DNA of 64,000 nucleotides from Candidatus Latescibacterota bacterium. GTDB lineage: Bacteria > Latescibacterota > UBA2968 > UBA8231. Below are positions 49,152 to 57,950 of the stretch, piece by piece. A program made the position numbers and the translations under genes. The notes under the pieces are model-generated. The model did no database searches. It saw only the letters and a list, made by a program, of their open reading frames with translations, and was not told the origin of the DNA. Within the stretch, counting starts at the first letter, position 1. Every line of letters begins with the position of its first letter. The stretch is from positions 1,536,001 to 1,600,000 of the forward strand of contig CBDCXV010000001.1 of assembly GCA_965223905.1 (NCBI GenBank), in the 5' to 3' direction.

Positions 49152-50744
49152 TCACATGCCCCACACAGTGATCTTCGCATTCCCCATGCCCTCCTCGCGA
49201 CGAAACAGCTTTTCATCCCACGACTTGCCGGCAGTGCGGTCAAAGACGATGAGGTGGCCTTCTGCCGCGTCGCAGCGATCCATGTAGGCGCGCGTCTGGT
49301 CGAGACCCGCGCGCACGGTCTCTTCCAGGCCCCTGTAAAGCAATTTGCATTCGACCACCGCCTTCTGAACCGCTTGATCCGGTTGGCCATCGCTTGGTGC
49401 CGGCCACAAGATCAACAGGTCGGTACGCATCCGACCCAGGCCATACTCGCGTTCGATCCGGCCGCCGCTGTTGACGATGCGCTGGAGAAACGCCTGCAAC
49501 AGCAACTGCGGACCGGCCTCCTTGTATTGGAACCGCTCGACCCAGTGTTCCGAATGTTCGCGGAAGAATTCCTGAAACGCGGCCAGGAGATCGTCGAGAC
49601 GCAAGCGGCCATCTGCATCGACATACCAGGCCGGGTCTTGAACGAGGTATTCCTGCGTGGTATAGGTCAGGTCTCGGGGAATGACCTCCTGATAGATCGG
49701 ATTGGCGATGGCGACAGGGCGTTGACGGCTCACAAGGCCCAGATCGCGCGCATATTCCAGATCGTCCTGGGGAATCGCCTCATCCGCTGCAGCACCGCTC
49801 AACAGGGGTTCAACCACGCGCCGCACCCGCTCCTCCTGTAATTTGTCGGTCAGTTGGTCGAGGTGGGTCTCGCGGCGCAGGATGAGTTGCTCTCTGGCGT
49901 CGCATATTGCGTTGGCCGTGATGGGTTGGTTGCGATCTCGCCCGGCCTTGTTATCAAAACAAGCTTCGTAAGCCAGGGCGTTGACGAGCCAGGGCTGGCC
50001 CTGGGTCAGTTCCCAAACCTTGTTCTGCGCATCTTCGGAAAAGACCTGTCCTGTCGCCTCGGTGTGTTGCGCCAGGAGCGTATGCACTTCGTCCGGTGTG
50101 AAATCGTCTAGGCGCAGGGACTTGGCGCGAATGTTGAACGCGCTGCCACCGGCAATCATCGCGTTTTCTGCGGTGGATCGGATGCGGTAATCGCGCACGT
50201 CGCGCACGCCGCACAGGATGACGGTCTGCGGGTAGTGGCGCGGGCGGGCGGGATAGCCCGCCCTGAGTTGGCGCAACACCGACAGCAGAGAATCGCCGAT
50301 CAAGGAATCGATCTCATCGACAAGCAGCACCAGCGGTCTCGGATCGGCCTGTGTCCAGCGCGTCAAGGCCTCGCGCAACGCTCCCGCACCGAACTCGGCG
50401 AGGATGCCAGACCAGGTCTTGGTCAAGAATTCGTCGTCCAGCGTCAACCGCGCCCACGAAGCCAAATCGCCTAAAATGACCTGCATCGCCCGTTCCACGT
50501 CTTCGCGCATGGCCTGGGCACCCTCGATATTGACGTACACACATCGGTAATTGCCCTCGGCATTGAGCAGGTCGCGCAGTGCCAGCAGGGCAGAGGTCTT
50601 GCCCGTCTGCCGGGGCGCGTGCAGGACAAAGTACCTCTGCTGCTCGATCAGCATCAGCACCTCGTCCAGGTCAATCCGTTCCAATGGCGGGACATGGTAG
50701 TGAATATCCGGCTTGATGGGACCGGCCGTGTTGAAGAAACGCAT
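49152..50744 (-). CDS. AAA ATPase with C-terminal PD-(D/E)XK nuclease-like domain
   Basis: MRFFNTAGP, APRQTGKTS, LVDEID and GQPWLV motifs; C-terminal ERE..G..RTDL...VECK. Confidence 0.8.
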   Translation of the reverse strand: MRFFNTAGPIKPDIHYHVPPLERIDLDEVLMLIEQQRYFVLHAPRQTGKTSALLALRDLLNAEGNYRCVYVNIEGAQAMREDVERAMQVILGDLASWARLTLDDEFLTKTWSGILAEFGAGALREALTRWTQADPRPLVLLVDEIDSLIGDSLLSVLRQLRAGYPARPRHYPQTVILCGVRDVRDYRIRSTAENAMIAGGSAFNIRAKSLRLDDFTPDEVHTLLAQHTEATGQVFSEDAQNKVWELTQGQPWLVNALAYEACFDNKAGRDRNQPITANAICDAREQLILRRETHLDQLTDKLQEERVRRVVEPLLSGAAADEAIPQDDLEYARDLGLVSRQRPVAIANPIYQEVIPRDLTYTTQEYLVQDPAWYVDADGRLRLDDLLAAFQEFFREHSEHWVERFQYKEAGPQLLLQAFLQRIVNSGGRIEREYGLGRMRTDLLILWPAPSDGQPDQAVQKAVVECKLLYRGLEETVRAGLDQTRAYMDRCDAAEGHLIVFDRTAGKSWDEKLFRREEGMGNAKITVWGM

Positions 50745-50779
50745 GCCTCCGTATCCTTTCCCTCCCATTGTGACCGTCG

Positions 50780-51385
50780 TTACGAGGTCTTGTTTAGCAG
50801 CGTGTTGATGAACCGCTTGGCTTGCGGCGAGGCGCCTGTCACCTTGTCAGGATCCAGCTCAGCAAGGATTCCGAACGAGTGGCTGCCTTTGTCGTATTGA
50901 CCCTTCTTGCACTGCCGGGTTGCCGCCTTCAGGCCGGCTTCGATGTCACTCTTCGAAATGGCTTCTACCTCCAGTCGGCCCGGCAGCGATTTCATGTTGA
51001 AGTCGTCTCCAAAATACCCCGCCAGTGCCTCCTTGTCGGCGAGGAACCAGGCTTCCATGCACTGAACCATCAGATGGGCGTTTTCGTCCATGGCGCCGGC
51101 GGGCTTGTCCCAATTGTCGCGGTTCTCCAAGTGCAGCCAAGGTCCGGTTTTCTGGGCAACTGGGGCTTCGCTGTCGACAAGAAGGACGATAAAGTTGTTA
51201 TCCGTGGCTTTGGTCAACGCTGAACGGAACTTGTCGAAGGTTATTTCCCTGCTTCCACAGGCGATGACGTTCGGCATCCGGCCTTCCAAATGTGCCTTCT
51301 GGAAAAAAGATCTAAATCCCTGGCGGCACCTTGCCTTGAGCTCCCCTCTGTCTCCACCCCCTTCTACATAAATCCTGACGTTCAC
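50780..51385 (-). CDS. DUF4276 family (TOPRIM-like) protein
   Basis: IYVEGGG, LLVDSE, MEAWFLAD and Y.KGSHS motifs; GTGA overlap with the upstream ATPase. Confidence 0.85.
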   Translation of the reverse strand: MNVRIYVEGGGDRGELKARCRQGFRSFFQKAHLEGRMPNVIACGSREITFDKFRSALTKATDNNFIVLLVDSEAPVAQKTGPWLHLENRDNWDKPAGAMDENAHLMVQCMEAWFLADKEALAGYFGDDFNMKSLPGRLEVEAISKSDIEAGLKAATRQCKKGQYDKGSHSFGILAELDPDKVTGASPQAKRFINTLLNKTS

Positions 51386-52554
51386 CACCGATTCCCTCCC
51401 AATTCCCCGGAGGTCCACAAGTCTCCGAGACGGTACTTATCCAGCCAGTGGGCAAGGTCGTCTTTGTCCAGACGCTTCATCGTCGTTTGTCCCTCATGTT
51501 TCTCGCACACGACAATGCTTTCCGGAGTTTCGGTAAGTGCGTCGACGAGAACATCAGAATGGGTGGTGACAATCAACTGGCAGCGCTCCGATGCTTCGCG
51601 CAGAAGGTCTGCGAGGCCTGGGAGGATGTCGGGATGGAGGCCCAGTTCGGGTTCCTCGATGCAAACCAGGGGCGGTGGGTTCGGGTGGCAAAGAATGACC
51701 AGCAGGCAGAGGTATCGAAGGGTACCATCGGACAAACGTGTCGCCGGGACCGCGACCTTCCCCTCTTGGAGAAAAACCTGGACCGTGCCGTACTCGATGT
51801 TGACGTGGAAATCGGATACACCCTCGTAAAGGTCCCGCAGGGCCTTGAGGAGGCGCTGTTTGACCTCGAACTCTCGCATCAGACGGTTCAGTACCAATCC
51901 CAGGTTCTGCAAGCTCTCAAGAAGAAAGTTGTTAGGTAGATCTGGCTTCTGGGGTAGGCGGACCGGAGTGATCCTGCCGAGAGACCACTCTCGATAGAGA
52001 TGTATCCGGTCAAATTCGTTGCCGATATAAGTTATCTCAGGGTAGCTGTTTGGATCTTTCAGCTTCGACAGAACGGACTTGCCATCGTGGCCCAGTTCCC
52101 ACTGCTTGGGTCCGTTTCCGTCGCCCGACGCCAGATCGTTGATCGTGGCCCCCATTTCGTCAGCTTCAAAGCAGACCCGTGGATCGTCCCCTTCAGGGCA
52201 GGTTCCTTCCTCCTCAAGCCGTTCACCGGCCATCCAGAAATTGTGGTTGCGTTGGGCGAATTCGAACCCGTAACGAAGGGGTAGTCGCCCTTGAGGACTA
52301 TCTACAGTGACCTCGACACGCGCAGACATGGCCTCGGGTTCCCCTCGCCAGATCCAGTCAGCGACACCCCCTCCCTCCAGTATCGGTTCCCGTATATCGC
52401 GAGGCGCGGCCTTCAACAGTCCCAATACCTCCATGAAATTCGACTTTCCCGAGCCGTTCGGACCGATCAATACATTTAGGGGCTTTAGTTCCAGCTCCAG
52501 TCCTTTCGGACCGAACGAAAGAATGTTCTTAAGCCTGATTCGGTGAATAAACAT
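51382..52554 (-). CDS. ABC-type ATPase (AAA_21)
   Basis: GPNGSGKSN, LSDGT, IEEPELGLHP and TTHS motifs. Confidence 0.9.
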   Translation of the reverse strand: MFIHRIRLKNILSFGPKGLELELKPLNVLIGPNGSGKSNFMEVLGLLKAAPRDIREPILEGGGVADWIWRGEPEAMSARVEVTVDSPQGRLPLRYGFEFAQRNHNFWMAGERLEEEGTCPEGDDPRVCFEADEMGATINDLASGDGNGPKQWELGHDGKSVLSKLKDPNSYPEITYIGNEFDRIHLYREWSLGRITPVRLPQKPDLPNNFLLESLQNLGLVLNRLMREFEVKQRLLKALRDLYEGVSDFHVNIEYGTVQVFLQEGKVAVPATRLSDGTLRYLCLLVILCHPNPPPLVCIEEPELGLHPDILPGLADLLREASERCQLIVTTHSDVLVDALTETPESIVVCEKHEGQTTMKRLDKDDLAHWLDKYRLGDLWTSGELGGNRW

Positions 52555-52566
52555 CGCCTGTCTCCT

Positions 52567-52603
52567 TCACCTGATTACGATTGGGCACTGCTTTACCTGC
52601 TGC
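52567..52603 (-). repeat. Diverged duplicate of the brxC 3' end
   Basis: Reads QQVKQCPIVIR* versus brxC RQVEQGPIVIR* (52869-52905); 29/35 nt identical over 52569-52603. Confidence 0.85.
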
Positions 52604-52625
52604 CAACCGGGGAGCGATAACCTTC

Positions 52626-52838
52626 TCACCTGGGCTGCCGAATCAGCGCCACCAGCGCCGCCGTGAATCCCGCGATCTCTTCCGGGGTTCCTTCGTTCAC
52701 GACTTTTCGCAGCGCCTTCCCGATTTTCTCGTCATCGTATCTGTGCTCTTGTACGTATGCCACCGCAGTTTGCAGGTCCAGCGATTTTGACCCTGAAGGT
52801 GTCTCCGGCACCGGCTGCGGGGCGGTCTGATCCGGCAT
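52626..52838 (-). CDS. Small hypothetical protein
   Basis: 70-aa co-oriented ORF between brxC and its duplicated end; no recognised motif. Confidence 0.5.
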   Translation of the reverse strand: MPDQTAPQPVPETPSGSKSLDLQTAVAYVQEHRYDDEKIGKALRKVVNEGTPEEIAGFTAALVALIRQPR

Positions 52839-52868
52839 ACGGTTGCTATCCGTTTGTTGGCGGTTCGC

Positions 52869-55800
52869 CTACCTGATCACGATGGGCCCCTGCTCTACCT
52901 GCCGCAGGAGATCCTCCTCCGTCTTCCTCACCCATGCGTCCACATCCTCCGCCGTCCGCAGGGTGGGGCTCTCCAGTTTCACATGACAGATCTCCGGTTC
53001 GACCAGCTTGTCCGCCTCGGCCCGGGCCTGCGCGAACAAGCTGGGGAGGGCGGCAATGCGCGTCCGCCAGGCGTCGAGGGAAATCCGTTCGAGGGATTCC
53101 ACCACTTCCTGTTCGCTGCCGGTCGCGCCCGTAGATGCCTTCGAGATGTGCATTCGCGCGAAAATCGCTTCCCGATTTTTCGGCTCGATCCGCCTCCAAC
53201 TCTCCGTCTCTTCCAGGCGTTTCTGCTCCTCGTCGTAGGTCTCGTCGTAACGATTCTGAGCCTCCGCCAGCGCACTCCGCAGCGCATTCGTCAGGTTCGC
53301 CGCGAGCCCGGGCACCGGATCCGAGGTGTCCAGCAGTCGCCGGTCCGCGACGATCGCTTCGATCTGGGGTTTTGCCTCCAGCGCGGCGTCCAGGCCATCA
53401 GCGTGGCGCGCGAGAGTCTGTAGCCGCTGAAAATCGGGCAGGCGCTTGGTCGCGAGACTGCCTGCCTTGGTCCAGTCCTTGAAGTTAGCCGCGAGCTCGT
53501 CATGCTGACCCAGGACGGCCAGGAGTTGCTCGTTGCCTGCAAGCGACTGAAGGTCCGACAGATGGCGGGTATCGGGGCGCTCGGGTAGCGGGGCATCCCC
53601 GCCCGCGTTCCGGGCAAACTCCTCTAACCTGTGCAGCAACCGGCCTGCGGCCTCGGACTCCTCGTTCGGCTTGCACTCGATCTCCGCTGTTTGAAAGAGG
53701 CTGCGCAGCTTCAGGCGCTGCCGGGTATCGATGGTAGCGCTCTCGATCCGGAAGTCGGCGTTCGGCACTTTCCCCTGATCGAGCCCTCGTGGCTTCAGCG
53801 ACACGCCGTTCGCGGAGGCCCGTAAGTGCCCGGTTTCAAAGAGACTGATGAGGGCCGCGTCGATGGCGTCGCGCGGCCAGCCGAAGGGCGGACCGGAGAA
53901 GTGCGAACGGACCTCCTTTCCCTTTTTCCCTGACCCCACCGACTCCATCACGGCCGAGCACACCGGGTGCTCCTCGGTCTTGCCGCTGTATTCCAGGGCT
54001 TCCAGCGGGTGCTCCGCGCCCCGGCGGGCGCGCTCGATTACGTTCGGCCACCGGTGGTCGTCGGCGTCGCTGAAGCGGTGGAAAAGCCGGTCGAGGGAAG
54101 CGTTTGCGGCTTCCGTTGTTTTCTCAAACAGGCTCAACTCCAATCGTTCATTGCCGCCGCCCTGGAAAACCTTCGCGCCGTTGATGATTTCGGCCACCAG
54201 CGTCTGCTGAGCGTTCTCCGCCTGGGCGTGGCGGGTCTCCATTCCCTGGCGCGCCTCGGTGCCTTCGTCCCCTGCAGGCACGCCCTTGAAATCAAGCGTC
54301 TCCCTTGCGGCACTGCTTTCGGCGATGCGGCGGGCGAGTTCATCGGCGCGGGTCCTGGGCACGAATACGTGGAGCACGGGGCTGTCGGGTCCGGCCGCGC
54401 GCGCGTCGGCGATCACACTGCTCTCATCGGCCCCCCAGCCATCCCGTATCCACACCGGGATGTCGAGGCCGCTTTCCGGCGGGGGCTCGGCACCGAAGTG
54501 CAGCGAGAGCTTTCGAGGCTCCTTGCACCTTCCGTGCACCAGCCGCACGGATCTTACGGCCTCCTGCACCGCGGCGCCGAGAAGCTGGCTGCGCCTACTG
54601 CTCATGCTCGCCAGATCGTTGGCGAGCCGGTTCTGCCGGTTGCGGAATTCGGCTTCCCATTCGCTGCTCTCCCGCGTCTGCAGGCTGTACTCGTCCTCGA
54701 GCTTCATCAGCGTTCCCGCTTCCACCAGCTCGTCGAGGAGCGCCGGAAGCCTCCCCCGCAGGGCGGCCCCTTCCTTGGCCAGGTCCTCAACCAGCAGATC
54801 CGCCAGCGCCCCGGGGGTTGCCCGTACGCCGATGTCCGCGCCGGCTTCGCGCGGGAGCTTGCGGATCAGGAACACCAGGGCGCAGAGCCGGGACTTGAGC
54901 TCGCCATCGGAGGTGCCGTCCCGCAGCTTGACGATGGTCTCGTGAAGCTCGCGCAGCAGCATGCCGGAGTTCAGCAGGTTGGTCTTCAGCTCCTCGAACA
55001 GGAAGTTCGCCGACACCACCGTACCGAGCGGTTTATCGGCCGTGCGGCGGATGGCTTCGTAGACGATGTGCAGCTGCGTGCGCAACTGGCCCGCCATCCC
55101 CGGGCGGTCGACGGCGCGCAGGGTATGTTCCCAGAAGCGCCGGCGAACGGGAAGCAACGGGTAATCCTCCACCAGGACCTGCTTGTCCTCGCCGCGGGGG
55201 CTGATGCGGCTGCCCACGAGGTGACGGTCGATCTCCCCGGCGCTCGCTTCCAGGGCAGCCTCGATGTCGTTGACACGGTCCGGACGTTTCGCCAGGACGA
55301 CCCGCCGGATCACTGTCTCCACGTCCTGGTCGGACAACTCCACGTTGATCCTGAAACGGCCCTGGAGACGCTGCAGCGCCGCGGTGCCCGACAGCGCCGT
55401 CTGTCCGGTGCCCACGAAGAGCAGGCGGTCGCCGAACCGCTTGCTGCAGGCTTCGACCAGATCCTGGACGATATAGGAGCGGTCGGTGCCCTCTCCGATG
55501 TACTGCTGCACCTCGTCGAGGACGATGACGCTGCAGGGCATCCCGCCGTCGGGAGCCAAGGTGTCCTGCAATGCGGCGATGAATCCGTCCGTGGTGATGT
55601 CATTTGGCTTTGGAAACTGGGCGCGCAACGCCGCCCTGGCTTCCCTTTCGCTGTTGGCGAAGCCGGGGTCGGCGGCGAGCAGTGCCTTGGCGATCACCGG
55701 GCTCACATACAGGTCGTTCAGCTCACGCCGAAACTCCCGGCCTTCCGCCTCGACCGTGTCATGCACCTGGTCGTAGATGTTGTTTTTCTTGAGCCAGAGG

Positions 55801-56309
55801 CAGAACTGCGCCTGGGGGTAGCTCTCGGGGAGCCCCGCGGATTTGAACACGATCCCGAGCAACGCGAGCCGGACGCTATCCCCGGCGCCGTCGAGCGTTC
55901 CGGCGGCGGCGTGCAGTCCATTCCCCCGCCGGCCGAGGGTGGAGATCTCGGTCAACAGTTCCTGCACGTCGGCCGGCAACCGGGCGAGGCCCCGGGCGTT
56001 GGCGCCGTCCTCGGGGAAGGTGTGGTCCGACCACAGGAAGCGCAGCATCTTCGCCAGGTGCGACTTGCCGCTGCCGAAGAAGCCGCTGATCCAGGCAGCC
56101 GGCTGCTCCGGCTGACCTTGGTGGCTGATGTAGGATTCCAGGATGCGAACGAGCCCGCTGCGGTACTGTCCTTCGCAGACGAAATGCTCCAGCTCGAAGC
56201 GGAGCGTGCGGCGCTCCTCGTCGGTGGCCGCATCGGTCACGGCCGCGACGCCGTTGTTCAGGAGCGTGATCTTGTCGGGATCTTTCTGGTAGACCGCCCG
56301 GTTCTTCAT
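52869..56309 (-). CDS. brxC: BREX P-loop ATPase BrxC
   Basis: WISGFFGSGKSHLAKML, LDEVQQY, GTGQ, LQGRF, YPLLP and PPFGWP motifs; 1146 aa. Confidence 0.92.
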   Translation of the reverse strand: MKNRAVYQKDPDKITLLNNGVAAVTDAATDEERRTLRFELEHFVCEGQYRSGLVRILESYISHQGQPEQPAAWISGFFGSGKSHLAKMLRFLWSDHTFPEDGANARGLARLPADVQELLTEISTLGRRGNGLHAAAGTLDGAGDSVRLALLGIVFKSAGLPESYPQAQFCLWLKKNNIYDQVHDTVEAEGREFRRELNDLYVSPVIAKALLAADPGFANSEREARAALRAQFPKPNDITTDGFIAALQDTLAPDGGMPCSVIVLDEVQQYIGEGTDRSYIVQDLVEACSKRFGDRLLFVGTGQTALSGTAALQRLQGRFRINVELSDQDVETVIRRVVLAKRPDRVNDIEAALEASAGEIDRHLVGSRISPRGEDKQVLVEDYPLLPVRRRFWEHTLRAVDRPGMAGQLRTQLHIVYEAIRRTADKPLGTVVSANFLFEELKTNLLNSGMLLRELHETIVKLRDGTSDGELKSRLCALVFLIRKLPREAGADIGVRATPGALADLLVEDLAKEGAALRGRLPALLDELVEAGTLMKLEDEYSLQTRESSEWEAEFRNRQNRLANDLASMSSRRSQLLGAAVQEAVRSVRLVHGRCKEPRKLSLHFGAEPPPESGLDIPVWIRDGWGADESSVIADARAAGPDSPVLHVFVPRTRADELARRIAESSAARETLDFKGVPAGDEGTEARQGMETRHAQAENAQQTLVAEIINGAKVFQGGGNERLELSLFEKTTEAANASLDRLFHRFSDADDHRWPNVIERARRGAEHPLEALEYSGKTEEHPVCSAVMESVGSGKKGKEVRSHFSGPPFGWPRDAIDAALISLFETGHLRASANGVSLKPRGLDQGKVPNADFRIESATIDTRQRLKLRSLFQTAEIECKPNEESEAAGRLLHRLEEFARNAGGDAPLPERPDTRHLSDLQSLAGNEQLLAVLGQHDELAANFKDWTKAGSLATKRLPDFQRLQTLARHADGLDAALEAKPQIEAIVADRRLLDTSDPVPGLAANLTNALRSALAEAQNRYDETYDEEQKRLEETESWRRIEPKNREAIFARMHISKASTGATGSEQEVVESLERISLDAWRTRIAALPSLFAQARAEADKLVEPEICHVKLESPTLRTAEDVDAWVRKTEEDLLRQVEQGPIVIR

Positions 56310-56323
56310 TGCTGATATCCTTC

Positions 56324-56881
56324 TCAGTCTTGCTGCGCAGTAATCGGAACCGCGAGGTAGTTCCAGCCGTCCCGTGCGTCCAGCAGGCGATAGTTGCCGT
56401 CTTCATACTCGCCGGGGAAGAACACAGCGATCCGGCCTCTGACATCCCCCTCTACCGTCTTCATCAGCTCCGACACCCGGACGAAACCGAAAAGGGAAGC
56501 AATGCCGTAGACCCCGACGACCGTGTGGTCATCCGCTTCCGGCCCTGTCAGCTTCTGGCGTACAAGTCCGGCCACATGCGCCAGGAATTCGTCGTCGAGC
56601 TTGAGCTCCAGGTCTTGAGGGGACTCGAAGTAGCTGTCCCGATATTCCAGGCCCGCCATCCACTCGGCGAAGGCAGCCGTCAGGTCGCACTCGATCCAGC
56701 GGTGCCCCGCCTCCTTGGTCGCCAGCTCGAAGCGGGGCATGCGCACCCGCAGCCGCCGCTCGTCGGTCCTGTCGTACTGGATGAATATGGTGCGCTGCGC
56801 CCCGGCCAGATCCTTCTGCCATGGAAGGGCGATGTAGCGTTTGTAGCACTCGGCGAGTCTGTCGATGCGCCCCACGATCAA
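56324..56881 (-). CDS. brxB: BREX BrxB (DUF1788)
   Basis: VFFPGEY..GNYRLLDARDGWNYLA motif; position between brxA and brxC. Confidence 0.85.
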   Translation of the reverse strand: MIVGRIDRLAECYKRYIALPWQKDLAGAQRTIFIQYDRTDERRLRVRMPRFELATKEAGHRWIECDLTAAFAEWMAGLEYRDSYFESPQDLELKLDDEFLAHVAGLVRQKLTGPEADDHTVVGVYGIASLFGFVRVSELMKTVEGDVRGRIAVFFPGEYEDGNYRLLDARDGWNYLAVPITAQQD

Positions 56882-57726
56882 TGCTCCCTGACGGTGCCGG
56901 CGATCCCGGTTGGAAAAGATACGTCGATCATGGCGCCGGACTGCTTGAGGTCGAGCAGTCCCAGGCGTTTTGCTGCCCAGGCCAGTTCAACAAGCTCATC
57001 GGCTCCTGCGTCCAGGACCGCGCACCAGGGCGTCTCGAACAGGAGGCGGCCTCGACGGCCCGACCCGAATCCGATCAGGAGCGCGTACACGGTGGCGGCG
57101 GGAGTCGCCTGGACGCGCTGCCTGGTCTTTCTGCTCCTGCCCTGCAGATGGCCGGATTGAGTCCACGAGGAAGAGGCGTTGCGCACGACCTTGTCGAGGA
57201 TGTCTTCGTTAAGACGCTCCTCCGCGATTTCGGACAGGGAGTCCTTCATGGGTTGCCTGGCAAACTCGTGGCCGTGCGGTGTGCGCAGCACGGCTTCCGC
57301 AGTGGCTCGAAGCAGCGGGTCGCGCGCCAGGGCAAGGAGCAGTGCGAGGAGAGGGCGGCTCGATTCGTGACGCGGCCACAAGTCCTTCAGGGCTCGGAAC
57401 AGAAGCAGCCGCGGGTCGAGGCCGTATAGCTCGCTGAGTCGCTGGAGCGAGAGCTTGCGGGTTGCCGAAGTGAGCTTGCCCAGGCAGTTCTCCGCCATGA
57501 TGGCGTGCGCATAGTCCCGGCGGGAGGCCTCGATAGGAGCCGCATCCAGCAGATCCGACAGCTCATCGAGCATGATCGTACGGCTCGTATGGGTTCCCCG
57601 CTCACCACTGCGGAATCCCCAGAGAGCCGTCTGGTTCGGTGGGAGCTTGGCGATATCACGCTCGAAATCAAGGGCGGAAATCGCATTCATGAATGGGGAA
57701 GATACCGTTTGATTTGAGAGCGTCAA
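56878..57726 (-). CDS. brxA: BREX BrxA-like protein; start uncertain (57726 or 57690)
   Basis: First gene of the operon, 4-bp overlap with brxB; ENCLGK.T..TR and RN..SSWTQSGHL motifs. Confidence 0.7.
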   Translation of the reverse strand: MTLSNQTVSSPFMNAISALDFERDIAKLPPNQTALWGFRSGERGTHTSRTIMLDELSDLLDAAPIEASRRDYAHAIMAENCLGKLTSATRKLSLQRLSELYGLDPRLLLFRALKDLWPRHESSRPLLALLLALARDPLLRATAEAVLRTPHGHEFARQPMKDSLSEIAEERLNEDILDKVVRNASSSWTQSGHLQGRSRKTRQRVQATPAATVYALLIGFGSGRRGRLLFETPWCAVLDAGADELVELAWAAKRLGLLDLKQSGAMIDVSFPTGIAGTVREH

Positions 57727-57727
57727 C

Positions 57728-57753
57728 TTTCGCCGGCTGGTTTGCCGGCGAAA
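57728..57753. promoter_or_regulatory. Perfect 10-bp inverted repeat immediately upstream of brxA (candidate operator or hairpin)
   Basis: TTTCGCCGGC-TGGTTT-GCCGGCGAAA. Confidence 0.5.
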
Positions 57754-57950
57754 ATATGCTTTCGATTCGCTCTTTGTGGGTCGGTTTTTCTTCAGCTCGG
57801 AAAGCTAGACCTATTTGCCGTGGTCCAACTACATTTAGATAAGGCAAGGCACCCGGAATGGGTTGCATGGGATCGCATCCGAATTTCTCTTCCCTCCCCC
57901 GGAAATGGCCCAACCACTGCCGAAGGCCTCCCCAACCGGAGCAAATCCCC

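Larger units (their letters stand above)
35315..57726 (-). other. Type 1 BREX anti-phage locus with two internal cargo blocks
   Basis: Co-oriented brxA-brxB-brxC-[cargo]-pglX-[cargo]-pglZ-brxL; many start/stop overlaps. Confidence 0.9.

Noticed and set aside
35250-57900. BREX region as a prophage, ICE or tRNA-integrated island
   Set aside because: No integrase, tRNA, phage or conjugation genes and no convincing att repeats; the GTTGCATGG(G)ATCGC similarity near 34256 and 57862 is too short.
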